DNA of 64,000 nucleotides from NCBI RefSeq assembly GCF_009914755.1, contig NC_060930.1; one strand, given 5' to 3'. The notes under the pieces were generated by a model. It did no database searches. It worked only from the letters and a program-made list of their open reading frames with translations, and was not told where the DNA came from. The translations under genes were made by a program, and so were the position numbers. Shown here in pieces: positions 40,567 through 58,984 of the stretch (the stretch's first letter is position 1; each line of letters begins with the position of its first letter). This DNA comes from the human T2T-CHM13v2.0 reference genome, Homo sapiens.

Positions 40567-43500
40567 ATTCCTATCTTTCTTGATTGAAGCTTAACTATAA
40601 AAACAACAGGGTTTCAAATTTTGGTTGGAGAAATGTTTAACAACTTATCATTGTCCATTTTTAAATTTTTGAGACAGTATTTTCAATTAACCTTTCAGAC
40701 AACTAACCTTTTCAACTAAGCTTTCAAACAATGACACAGAATTGTTTATTATGCTCACTTGTAATATTTAGTCTTACTTTACATGTTTTATTTCCCTTTT
40801 TATTGTTTATGTTAATTCTGACTTTTCTTTTTTCTTTACTAATATTGAATTCAATTTGTTTATCTTTTATCAATTTGTTGTCTTTTAAAGAACCAACTTT
40901 TGAATTTGACGTTTTTATCTATTTGATGATCCTTTTCGGTTATTTTTATTTCTATCATTATCTTTGTTATTTTTGATGCTCTTGTTTCAGGGTTACCCAC
41001 AGTTTGCTTTTCCTAACTCTTTGACACTTTTTGTTAAAGAAACCCAAATGCTAAGAAAAAAAAAAAAGACTACATTATCTATCCTCATTATAAAACAAGA
41101 TGTAACCTCCCACAGTTAGCAAATACACAACAAAGCATTTTTTTCCTCATGTCATTGCCAATGCACAGAAACTCATTTGGAGTTTTTTAGCTCATGAGGT
41201 TAAATGTAGTGTGCATTTTCTCATTTGGAGTTTTGTGACGTGTGAGATTAAATGTACTGTACTGGGTAGTTTATTAGCCAAGTCCTCATCACATTTTACA
41301 AACTTAATATAAAGTTTTTAAAAATTATTTTTTTAGTGCTTTCATTAGTGCAGAAACTATAGTTCTGTATTTTTGCACAATCATAGTCTTTACTAGCTAT
41401 TGTAGTTATTCTGTATACCTACAAATTCAAAAAAATATTTGGAGTATGGGATTGGAAGTTGGTATGATTTTTTAAAAGTTACCGAGGAAGTTTCATTTGA
41501 ATATAAATAAAAATATGCAATCAAGTTTCCAAATAATTGCACATCAGTATTTTAAAAATAACAAAGAGATCAAAAATGATTTATGTAAAAAAGAATATGA
41601 GAAAACAAAATGTTTAAACTCTATGTATTTTAGTGTTTTTTTTATAGAGGTGTCAGCTTAAAGCCTTTCCAAAATCACATGGTAGGAAAAGCAAAATGAA
41701 ACAAATTCCTTGTTTATCTTTGTTTAACTCAATGTTTTCCAAATATATTTGCCTATAGAACAAATTTTCTGAAACTATCTCAAAAATGTGTCAGGTAAAA
41801 CACAGATGCTGCATGGAGCATAGTTTAGAAAACACTGATTTAAATCACTGATCAAGCTTCTTCCTTGCCCTCACTGCTTCTGTCATCTCTAAGAAGACCA
41901 AATAAATAATGTCCTTCATTCCCACTGAATATCTGACTAAATTAAGAAATAAGACCAATAGGTATGCAAACTGAATGCGAGAATTAATCAGACGTATCTA
42001 CCAAATTACAATAATGCTGGAATAAGGCGGGCATCCCTGACATATCAATAGAACTTGTCCTGGAAAGAAACGGAGACCTGCTGTCTGTGAGCAGATAGAA
42101 TCCAAAAGAGGATAGAAGGCTGACATTGAGCCAAACACACTCAGTTATTCTTCCCAAATATAACATTCAGATAAATCACTCCACCTGCCAGGAAATGGGT
42201 TCAACAAATGTGTGGGGAGAGACCGTGTGTTATACAAATGGGGCTACTTAAACAAGGAAGAAAATGTTAGAACTAGGGAAGACATTTACAATAGTCCCAG
42301 CTTTTAATTTCCTTAACCCATTGGGCCTAATCATTACTCCTGTGTCATCCTGGAGTGTATTTCGGCCTCTCAAGAGAAGGAGCCCATGTTACATCACCCA
42401 TGGGACAGTGCTTCTTTCTATCCTCCAAGATTTAATACCCGATGGACATCTTAAATGTCACAATTATAAAAGCCCAGGTGATAGACAGACTAAATACCCT
42501 GTTTGATCATTACACGTTGCATCTATGTATCAAAATATCACAGGTACCCCATAAATATGTACAAATACTTATTTTTAATTTTAAAAAGACAAAAACAGGC
42601 CTATGGTCAGTCTTAAAAGGCTGCCAAGATCCCAGTTTGCTGCCCACTTAAGGAAGCTCAAAGTCACACACAACAAAACCTCTCCACATGCTGAGTCTGC
42701 AAATCCACTTTCTCTTTTATTCTTCTGTTTTCTCAGAAAATATACCAAATGTTTCAGGCTTTGAGAAGCAAAATAAATACTTTCTGTTTTACTTTTTCAA
42801 TTACTGAACCACAAGAGAAGAAGAAAAAGTACTAAAGGATAAATGTTAAAATGTCAACGTTATTGCTGATAAAGTCTAATTTTGGGGACTGAGCTTCATA
42901 TGAGATTGAAATGGGCCTTGTGCCTAAGCCCAGAAATGGACAATCTTATGTCTCCAGTCACAGCCAGGTTGGCCCTATGCAGGAGGCCAGACCCTAGAGA
43001 AGCATGAGAGAAATTTCACTTTCTGAAGGTAGACTGATTTCCCAAGAGGAAAGAAGGACAGTGCCAAGCCTGTACGCACAGATTATGCCTCCCAAATTCA
43101 CCGATTTTGTCATTCTTCCCCAGGCCCCAGGGCCAGAGTGAGTTGGACGAATAGTGTGGAAGGTGTGCGACGCTAATGTGACTTCTTTCTATTGGGAAAA
43201 AAACATATCAGAAGAGTGAGAAATGTGTTTCTTCTAACAGTTGCTAAATTGTAATGTCAGGATGGCATTATCAGAAAATGTCATAAAAATCATTCAGTCG
43301 TATGGCCCTGTTGGCCACTATGCTATCTATCTTGACATAGCTAGTAATTTTTATTGGTTAGTAATTCTGAGACAAGGTCCAAATAATATGTTTTTGATTA
43401 TGAGGACAATACTGTTTTTAAAGTTTTAATCCATTATGTGTCAAGTATGGACCTTTACAAAAAGGACACCATAAGTGTTTTCTGAAAGACTAAAGATGTG

Positions 43501-44431
43501 GAAATCTCCAGGTCTTCTGCTAAATTTTACTCTCCTGGGGATTCTCTGCTCTGCAACAGCTGGGTTTTGAAACTGAAAGTACTGGCATTAAAGCCTCAAC
43601 CCATCAATTATTTGTTATGTGATATTTGGCAAGTTATATAAGCTCCCTGAGCCTTAGTTTCTCTAAATGTAAAAATGGCAATAATACCTACTTTAGAAAG
43701 TCACTGTAAGGATATCAAATTATAACACATGCAGTATCTAATCCCAAAGAGGGTCTCAAAAATTGCATTTGTTTCATTTTTCTGCCATTATTAATCTTTC
43801 ACTAAATATAAAACATAGCAACACACAGTTGCCTCCCACTGCTCTGAATCTGAGTTTACATGCCACACAACACCGAACATTTATTTCACTTCACAATGTC
43901 CTAAAGCCCACACACAAAAACAGTGGGCTTTTTTTTCCGATCCAGTGTTTATAACTTTCCTACATTAGACAGTTCATGAAAAATCTTTGCTGCCGGATCT
44001 GCATAACTTTGGACTTTCCTATCTCACTAATTGCCAAATGAACCAAATATTTTTCTGGGCTAGAGATACCTATGGGTAATTTACATCAACCAACATTTAA
44101 GTGAAACCCACAGGAAGTTAGCAAATAGTAACAAGAGTAAAATAATCCCTATTTGTTCTAAAAACCTGTCTGAGGCCTCAGGGCATAAATTTCAAAGAAT
44201 CAAAAGCAGTTTGTATTTAATAATACAGTGAAGGTGATCTAGTGAAACCAAATGTGAATGTGTAAAACTAGTGTCATTTATAAAGATACTCTATAGTAAG
44301 TATCTCATATACTATGATATCCGAGAATTTTACCTATATTCCTATATCTTTACCATCTGATTTGTCTTGGTGCTCTCTTTTCTCCTAATTATATAATTAA
44401 GTAAAAAAATTATTGAAATAGGGGATCATTC

Positions 44432-44441
44432 CAAGATGGCC
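44432..44441 (+). promoter_or_regulatory. YY1 box of the L1 internal sense promoter
   Basis: CAAGATGGCC at position +12 of the element. Confidence 0.75.
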
Positions 44442-44532
44442 AAATAGGAACAGCTCTAGTCTACAGCTCCCAGCATGAGCGACAAAAAAGACGGGTGATT
44501 TCTGCATTTCCAGCTGAGGTACTGGGTTCATC

Positions 44533-44859
44533 TCATTGGCACTGGTTGGACAGTGGGTGCAGACCATGGAGTGTGGGCCGAAGCAGGGTGGGGCATCGCC
44601 TCACCCAGGAGGCACGAGGAGTCAGGGAATACCCTTTCCTAGCCAAGGGAAGCCATGACAGGTGGTACCTGGAAAATGGGGACACTCTCGCCCTAATACT
44701 GCACTTTTCCAATGGTCTTAGCAAACGGCACACCAGGAGATTATATTCTGCGCCTGGCTCAGAGGGTCCCATACCCATGGAGCCTTGCTCACTGCTAGCA
44801 GAGCAGTCCAAGATCGAACTGCAAGACAGCAGCGAGGCTGGGGGAGGGGTGTCTGCCAT
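44533..44859 (-). CDS. L1 ORF0 homolog, open frame of 108 aa
   Basis: GCAATGG Kozak context. MADTPPPASLLSCSSILDCSASSEQGSMGMGPSEPGAEYNLLVCRLLRPLEKCSIRARVSPFSR is collinear with primate L1 ORF0 as I recall it. Expression unknown. Confidence 0.6.
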   Translation of the reverse strand: MADTPPPASLLSCSSILDCSASSEQGSMGMGPSEPGAEYNLLVCRLLRPLEKCSIRARVSPFSRYHLSWLPLARKGYSLTPRASWVRRCPTLLRPTLHGLHPLSNQCQ

Positions 44860-45453
44860 TGCTGAGGCTTGACTAGGTAAACAAAGCAGACAGGAAGCTC
44901 GAACTGAGTGGAGCCCACTGCAGCTCAACAAGGCCTACCTGCCTCTGTAGACTCCACCTCTGGGGGCAGGGCATAGCTGAACAAAAGGCAGCAGAAATTT
45001 CTGCAGCTGTCTGTCTGACAGCTTTGAAGAGAGCAGTGGTTCTCCCAGCATGGAGTTTGAGATCTGAGAACAGACAGACTGCCTCCTCAAGTGGGTCCCT
45101 GACCCCCGAGTAGCCTAACCAGGAGATAGCTCCCAGTCAGTAGCCAACTGACACCTCATACGGCTGGGTGCCCCTCTAAGATGAAGGCTTCCAGAGGAAG
45201 GATCAGGCAGCAACATTTGCTGTTCTGCAATATTTGCTGTTCTGCAGCCTCTGCTGGTGATACCCAGGCAAACAGAGTCTGGAGTGGACCACCAGCAAAC
45301 TCCAACAGACCTGCGGCTGAGGGTCCTGACTGTTAGAAGGAAAACTAACGAACAGAAAGGAATACCATCAACATCAACAAAAAGGACATCCATACCAAAA
45401 CCCCATCTGCAGGTCACCATCATCAAAGACCAAAGGTAGATAAAACTACAAAG

Positions 45454-46468
45454 ATGGGGAGAAACCAGAACAAAAAAGCTGAAAATTCTAAAACCCAGAG
45501 CACCTCTTCTTCTCCAAAGGATTGCAGCTCATCACCAGCAACAGAACAAAGCTGGACAGAGAAACTTTGACAAGTTGTCAGAAGTAGGCTTCAGCAGATC
45601 AGTAATAACAAACTTCTCCGAGCTAAAGGAGGATGTTCGAACCCATAGCAAGGAAGCTAAAAACCTTGAAAAAACATTAGAAGAATGGCTAACTAGAATA
45701 AACAGCATAGAGAAGACCTTAAATGACCTGATGGAGATGAAAACCATGGCATGAGAACTACGTGACGCATGCACAAGCTTCAGTAGCCGATTTGATCAAG
45801 TGGAAGAAAGGGTATCAGTGATTGAAGATCAAATAAATGAAATGAAGTGAGAAGAGAAGTTTAGAGTAAAAAGAAACAAATGAAGCCTCCAAGAAACACA
45901 GGACTATGTGAAAAGACCAAGTCTACATTTCACTGGTGTACCTGAAAGTGATGGAGAGAATGGAACCAAGTTGGAAAACACTCTTCAGGATATTATCCAG
46001 GAGAACTTCCCCAATCTAGCAAGGCAGGCCAACGTTCAGATTCAGAAAATACAGAGAACGCCACAAAGATACTCCTCAAGAAGAGCAACCCCAAGACACA
46101 TAATCGTCAGATTCACCAAGGTTGAAATGAAGGAAACAATGTTAAGGGTAGCCAGAGAGAAAGGTCGGGTTACACACAAGGGGAAGCCCATCAGACTAAC
46201 AGCTGATCTCTTGGCAGAAACTCTACAAGCCAGAAGGGAGTGGGGGCCAATATTCAACATTCTTAAAGAAAAGAATTTTCAACCCAGAATTTCATATCTA
46301 GCCAAACTAAGCTTCATGAGTGAATGAGAAATAAAATCCTTTACAGACAAGCAAATGCCGAGAGATTTCATCACCACCAGGCCTGCCTTACAACAGCTCT
46401 TGAAGGAAGCACTAAACATGGAAAGGAACAACCAGTACCAGCCACTGCAAAAACATGCCAAATTGTAA
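45454..46468 (+). pseudogene. L1 ORF1p (RNA-binding protein), disrupted
   Basis: ATGGGGAGAAAC start and fragments such as GVPESDGENGTKLENTLQDIIQENFPNLARQAN; internal stops and frameshifts. Confidence 0.9.
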
Positions 46469-46531
46469 AGACCATTGATGCTAGAAAGAAACTGCATCAA
46501 CTAATGAGCAAAATAATCAGCTAACATCATA

Positions 46532-50370
<3,839 letters not shown>

Positions 50371-51094
50371 ACAGTGAGAACACCTGGACACAGGCTGGGG
50401 AACATCACACACTGGGGCCTGTTGTGGGGTTGGGGAAGGGATAGCATTAGGAGAAATACCTAATGTAAATGACAAATTAATGGGTACAGCACACCAACAT
50501 GGCACATGTATACATATGTAACAAACCTGCACACTGTGCACATGTACCCTAGAACTTAAAGTATAATTTTAAAAAATTATTAAAATGTAGCGTATCTCCT
50601 GTTAAACCTTTGCATTCATTTTCTCCATCTAATTATCTGCTTCTATACCCAGTGGTTTGTCCTTTCTTTACTTCCCATTAAATTTTGCATCAGGTCCTGT
50701 ATTTTAACTCTACACAATCACTCTATTTTGGTTGCCTTCAAGGATCTAAGATTTTGTCTTGCAAACTCTCTCAGTTGTGTCATAATACAGAACAGGACTT
50801 TGGCCACAGACATGATCAGGGCTTGAGCCCCAGCTGTGCTCACAATCTCTGCGGTCTTCAATTTGCTGTCCTTAAACTAGGAACCACAAGTCCCATAGGG
50901 ATTGTTGTAAGATTTAGCAAGATAATAAATATATTTTTACTGTATCTGATACATGTTAGTACTTAATCAATGTTAACCTATATATACACATATATGTCTG
51001 TATGTATATATATACACATATATACACATATATATGGCAAAATAGTTGAAATATGAAATGTGATTAAAATAGCATAAAGAGAAACAGTATCTCA

Positions 51095-51300
51095 TGATGA
51101 TTAGGTTGTAACTGTGGAACCAGACTGCCAGGGCTGAATCTGCTCTTTGGCTATTTGAGTGACTTCGTTCAAGTAAGTTAATTTCTCAGTGTATCCATTG
51201 CCTGATCTATAAAAAGGAGTATTTATAGTGACCAACTCATAGATTTGTTGTAAGGATTTAGAAAAATACTTTGCACACAATAGCATTTAATAAGCATTTT
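51095..51300 (+). mobile_element. MIR SINE
   Basis: TGGAACCAGACTGCCAGGG.TGAATC..GTGACTT..CAAGTAAGTTAATTTCTC core. Confidence 0.7.
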
Positions 51301-51941
51301 CAAATAATTCCTTTCATGGAAAGAAAATGTGAATGTATGTTATCATTATACAACTGAGGATAGTTTTCATTTATGATTTGTAATTCAGAATTACATATAA
51401 AATTCAGCAAATACCACATTGCTAAACTTGAATACTGTAATAATATATTTTTAAAGAATTTCAGCATTATCTCAGGGTTCACAAGCTTATAAGTAAAAAA
51501 GGTATCAACATTTGAAAGCTGTCATAAAATAATACCTGTAATACCTGTAATGCATGCTTTAAAGTATGTCTTCTTCTCAAGAGAGTGCTTGAAAAAGATT
51601 AGGGGGAAGTATCCCTAGATTTAACCTATACATCTATAAAACATTTTCTCTGTTTAAGGATGAAATAGTAGGCCCAGTCCATGAAGTCCTCATTTAATAT
51701 TTGTTTTTTATGTATAAAGAGATAAAAAGGCATTGTTAGGCTATGTCATTGGTATTTAGAATTTTACATTTAAGGTCAGACAAGAACTATAGATAGTTGA
51801 GAGAAACAACATGATTACAAACTTGTTAACTCCAACTACCCCATCAACATACACATGCACACACAGACATGCTCATACAATGTGTTCTCTCATTTTGCAC
51901 TTGTATTTGAATGGGAAGAGATTAAGAAGTAAAGTGTAGAA

Positions 51942-52368
51942 CAACATCACCCAATAGAAATTAAATGTGAGCCACAAATGCAACCCATATATATGTATAT
52001 TTTTAATTTTCTATTGGCCACATTACAAAAGCAAAAATAAACAGGTGAAATTCATTTTAATATTCTATTTTATTGAACACAATGAATCAAAAATCAAAAA
52101 ATAATATCAAAAATATTATTTTGATATTTAATCATATTTAATAAATGTTATACATTTATCTAATTCATTAAATAAATTTATTATACTGATTTAAATCATT
52201 ATTAAATAAAACTAATGATAAAGTATTTTATTATATTCTTTGTTTCATATGAAGTCTTCAAAATCCAGAGTGTATTTCACACTTAGAGCCCATTTCAATT
52301 AGAATTAGCTACACTTCCTGTGCTCAATAGCCACCTGTAGCTAGCAGCTGCCAAGTTGGATGGCACAG
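51942..52368. mobile_element. MER33-like hAT-Charlie MITE with AT-rich expansion
   Basis: CCAATAGAAAT..ATGTGAGCCACA..AAACAGGTGAAATT..GTGCTCAATAGCCAC.TGT.GCTAG..TTGGA. Confidence 0.7.
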
Positions 52369-53418
52369 GTTAGAATAAGTGTTTCTGCTTCTTCCATGGG
52401 TCAGAAAGAAATTCCACAGAGTTTTTAAAATTACTCTCCCAACTCTCATAAATTCTATTGGTGGTTATAAACCTCCAGTGCCAGAACTGGAAGAAAATAT
52501 GTATACCTGAAAAATGCCAGATCTGACATATTTAAAGAGAGTGCAACGCCCAACAGGATTATAGAAAATGAATAAAAGATTTATGAGGTAATTTTCAGAA
52601 ATGCTTAAAGGTAGACAAGGACAAAGTTTCAGAATGTAACAGTTTCCACTAATGCTTCCCAACGGCCTAGACTACATTTCATGAGATGTACTTAAAATCC
52701 ATATATCCATTAGCCTTTCAGTGTCACTGCTAATATTTCGTAAACTTCAATATCTCATTCTCTATTATTATTTAATATTTTTTATCATTTGCAAGCCTAC
52801 AATGTAACTTACAGACCTAGGAATCAGTACAATCAGCTCTGCTGCCAACAAAGCAGAGAAAACAATACCTTTCATGTGGTTTCCTTTGAGTTTTAAAATA
52901 AGAGCAAGTTAGAATTTCTTCACTCTGAAAAGTTTGCTCATCTTTCCAAAAAAAAAAAAAAACAAATTTGCTTATTAACTAATTATTTTAGGTTCCACAA
53001 TGCTTTCTCCATGATATTTTATTCCCTTTTATACCGAGGCACATGCCTGGAATCTTTCTTAGTTAGCTGAGCTTGATAGGGTAGAAATTTCATACACCTT
53101 TGATTAACTCTTATGTGTAAACCACGGACAGAACCAGACCTATGGAATCTTCAGAAGATTCTTCTGGAACTCATATCTCCCCTGAAAGGCAAAATGCACA
53201 GCAAGCCTTAAGCCTACACTCTGAACATTGAACTTAAAGATAACTTTTTTTTAACATCGACACAGTCTTTAGAAAACTCATCTACCCTTATAAAATCACA
53301 TAATACCCAATGTTGATGAATCAACAAATATATTTCTATAGTGCAGGTCTTTCTTCTAAACTCTACAACTCAGTAACCTGCTGACTCTCTGGCATATTTC
53401 TCCCAGGCATCTCTATGT

Positions 53419-53531
53419 TAGGGGCACCTACTATCCCAGTTGTCCAGGAACTGCTTCAGTTTAGTCACTGAAATTCCTGCATTCTGGGAAATCCTTCAGG
53501 TCCAGGAAACTGAGACAGCTGGTAACTCTTA
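53419..53531. mobile_element. MER81-like hAT-Blackjack MITE inside an L2 remnant
   Basis: About 113 bp with degenerate TAGGG..ACC / GGT.AC.CT.A termini. Confidence 0.55.
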
Positions 53532-53692
53532 ACATGCTCCACCTTAACTGTATCATATTTGTCTCAAATTTACTCTTATCTTAAATTTCTAAATCTTTGG
53601 CGGTCACGAAATTCACATAGACATATATGTTGTGAAAGCAACCTTAGTCTTTTCCCTCCTACTTGCAATTACTATTTTCTTTATTCAAGGAA

Positions 53693-55285
<1,593 letters not shown>

Positions 55286-55750
55286 TTTTTTTAAAGTACA
55301 TTTTATTGACTATCAATTACGGATTTATCAGTTAGAAAAGATTTCAAAAATATCCGTTTTTGTTGAGTTTACATTTCATTGTAGAAAGACAGAATATAAA
55401 TAGAAAAATAAAATAATATATAACTTTTCATAAATAGTGATGTAAAAACAAAATAAAACAGAATAAGAGGAATAGGAAGTGCAGTACCTGTGTGTAGAAA
55501 CTACTGACAGTACCAGCAATAACAAGTTATGCACCTTTTCCATTAAATTTCTGATTCATGGGAGCCAACCCCAATGCTAGATTCAAGATGACACTTATTT
55601 GTCTTAGTCAGTGATGATAAACTCAAACCGCCTTGCCAAAGGCAATGTATCTCAAGCTAGAACCAATTAACTCAAACGTTTGTCTGGCAATTGAGTTGCA
55701 TTCAGATCTAAACACATGGCCTAAATTGACCCAATCAGTCTCAAGAATTT

Positions 55751-56144
55751 TGATAAAGTTTAGATATTTGTCCCTGCTCAAATCTCGTGTTGAATTGTAA
55801 ATCCTACTGCTGGAGTTGGGACCTGGGACAGGTGTTTGGATCATGGAAGCAGATCCCTCATGGCTTGGTGCCGTCTTTGTGATAGTGAGTTCTCACGATA
55901 TCTGGTCATTTAAAAGTGTGTGGCATCTCCCCCCACCTCTCTCTCTTGCTCTCATTCTTGCCAAGTGATGTGCGTGCTCCTCCTCTGCCTTCTGTCATGA
56001 ATGGAAGCTTCCTGAGGCCTCCCCAGAAACAGATGCTGCTATGACATCTGTACCTTCAAAACCATGAGCCAATTAAACCTCTTTTCTTTATAAATTATTA
56101 TTTCAGGTATTTCTTTGTATTCATTGAAAGAATGACCTAATACA
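55751..56144 (+). mobile_element. MSTB-like solo LTR nested in an older MLT1-like LTR (about 55600-56400)
   Basis: TGATAAAGTTT..CCTAATACA ends, TSD AATTT/GATTT. Confidence 0.82.
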
Positions 56145-57069
56145 GATTTACATTCCAATATTGTGTGAGAGGTATCCTTTCTTTTTCATTAGATTTCAAC
56201 ATATAAACTCATTGTCCAGCTGCTATTGGTAGCCATTTTTTTTGTTCAAGGAAGAAACCAGAGCTACGTAAAGAGTCAAGAAACAGAGCCGAGACGAATC
56301 TACAACTGGTAGGCCACTATTTATTTTTTTTACTTTCCATTAGGTGACATAAAATACGGACTCACGATTAAAGCCAGTTGACTTTTGGATTCTGTTATTA
56401 GCTACATATGTGGTACAGACCTTTTTACCTCAATAAATATCAATGTACTATTTCTTCTATTCAGAATGTATTTCTTTCTTTCTTTACTTGGATGACTGCA
56501 AGAGCCAGCGTATTTTAAAGTTGTTGTTTTTTTTTTTTTACTAAACCACTTCAGCCTGTGTTAGCTATTCCTCTGCTTCAATAGTACCACAACATAAAAC
56601 TTATCACACATTGCAGGTGTATGTTTATGTCAATTGTATTACGTCTAAATTGGAGGAAAGCAATTAAATTATGACTAAGAAGCTTCCTCTCTTAAATATT
56701 CACTTATTCAGTTATACAATTGTATATTAAACTCTAAAAATTGATAGATAATGCCTCCACCATAGTCCTGTTCTATAAATATTAGCTATGTTATTGTACA
56801 CAAAGGAAAGGTAAAATTTAACCTTGCTTTAGAGTTTCCACTTATTTGTTTTGAAAACTAAATATAAGACCTAATTTTTCTAGTGAATATGACAGATTTC
56901 TGTTTACTAAATTATTTTCTTGTGACATGAATTTGAAAAATAAGTTAAGATACTTTTATTTCTTTTTAGGGAAATATGTAAGTTTCAAAATTTTAACAAT
57001 GTATATTTAAATATAAATGCTTTCTCTCACCAAAACATAAAGTTTTAAGTCAACTTAAAAATATTCCCG

Positions 57070-57290
57070 GGCTGGGTGTGGTGGCTCACACCTATAATCC
57101 CAGTGCTTTGGGAGGCTGAGGCGGGAAGATTGCTTGAATCCAGGAATTTGAGACCAGCCTAGCAAACATGGTAAAACCCCATCTCTACAAAAAACTAGCC
57201 AGGCATGGTGGCCAAGGCTGCAGTGAACTGTGACTGTGTCACTGAGCTCTAGCCTGGGCAAGAGTCAGACCCTGTCCCCTCACACCAAAA
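57070..57290 (+). mobile_element. AluJ-type SINE with internal deletion in the right arm
   Basis: Left arm intact; GGCATGGTGGC joins directly to CAAGGCTGCAGTGA. Confidence 0.85.
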
Positions 57291-57744
57291 AATTATTCAC
57301 CACAATTATTTCTTTTTCAGGTACTGACATTTCTTCTAAGTCACATTCATAAGCAAAATCGATTGCACAAGTTTTTTGTATGTGTGAAAGATATCCCCCC
57401 AAAATATATTTTCCCCTTTTCATGTAATTTGGATACAAGATGACTCACAGCTTAACCAAATTCTTTGTTTCCCCACCAATAATTTATCTTTAAAACTCTG
57501 CTGTGTTCTCAAATTCACACTGAAACTTACATGAGAAACCAACCAGAAAATGAGAAACCTATGCAATTTTTTTTTTCCTGGAAAGTGCCAGTAAAAAACA
57601 GATTCCACAGTTTTCTAATGATAAAAACAAAAATAAGAGAAAGAGGTCATGTAATTTGTGAAGTAAACATCTTATACTCTTTGAAACTAAATTTCAGCTG
57701 CAGCATTAAAATCTAGTTGTCCCTCTAAAGAAGCATACTTTTAG

Positions 57745-58965
57745 AAAGGTTCAATAAATGGTGCTTGGAAAACTAAATATTCATACGCAGAAGAATGAAA
57801 CTAGATTCCTATCTCTCACCATATACAAAAATCAAACATAATAGATTAAAGTCTTAAATATAAGACTTCAAACTATGAAACTGCTAAAGGAAAACTTTGG
57901 AGAAACTCTCCAGGACATTGAACTGGCAAAGATTTCTTGAGGAATACCCAAAAAGCACATGCAGCTAAAGCAGAAATGAACAAATGGGATCACATCAAGT
58001 TTAAAAGTTTCTGCACAGCTAAAGGAAAAAAAATCAACAAAGTGAAACAACAGTCCATGGAATGAGAGAAAATATTTGCAAACTGTCTTACAAGGGATTA
58101 ATAACCGGAATATATTAAAAGCTCAAACGACTCTGTAGGAAAAAATCTAGTAATCTGATTCAAAAACGGGCAAAATATCCGTATAGACATTTCTCAAAAG
58201 AAGACATGCAAGTACGAAACAAGTATATGAAAACGTACTCAACATCATTGATCATCAGAGAAATTCAAATCAAAACTACTTTGAAGGCTGGGTACTGTGG
58301 CTGTTTTCTGTAATCCCAGTGCTTTGGGAAGCCTAGATGAGTAGATCACCTGAATTCAGGAGTTCAAGACAGCCTGGGAAACATGATGAAACCCTGTCTC
58401 TACAAAAAATACAAAAATTAGCCTGTACATACCTGTAGTCCTAGCTACTCGGGAACCTGAAGCAGGAGAATCACTTGAGCCAGGGAAGGTTAAGACTGCA
58501 GTGAGCCGGGACCACGCTGCTGCACTCCAACCTGGGCAACAGAGGGAGAGTCTATCTTAAAAAATAAATAAATAAATAAAAATCACTACAATGAGATATC
58601 ATCTCACCCTAGTTGAAATGGCTTTTGTCCAAAACACAGGCAATAACAAATGCTGATGAGGATGTGGGAAAAAGGGAATCCTCATACACTGTTGGTAAGA
58701 ATGTAAAGTAATACAACCACTATGGAGAACAGTTTGGAGGTTCCTCATAAAAACTGAAAATAGACCTACCGTAGGATTGCTGCATCACATAGTAGCTCTA
58801 TTTTTATTTCCTTCTTTTCCCAAAACAATCTGATATGATTTACCCTGATGTGATTATTATGCATCCTATACCTGTATCAAAATGTCTCATGTAACCCATA
58901 AATATATATGCCTACTATGTACCCACAAAAATTTAAAATTAAAAAACATAAAAAATAAAATAAAA
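57745..58965 (+). mobile_element. L1MA2/3-like 3' fragment with nested AluJ and a fold-back/deletion scar
   Basis: TTCAATAAATGGTGCT..ATGAAACTAGA ORF2 end; 3' terminus TATGTACCCACAAAAAT. Confidence 0.8.
58286..58582 (+). mobile_element. AluJ-type SINE
   Basis: Diverged dimer with partial deletion of the right-arm start and (TAAA)n tail. Confidence 0.85.
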
Positions 58966-58984
58966 TGCACTCATGCTAGGCAAA

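Noticed and set aside
45213-45250. Tandem ATTTGCTGTTCTGCA duplication in the L1 5' UTR
   Set aside because: As I recall it is a normal feature of L1PA5/6-age 5' UTRs, not copy-specific.
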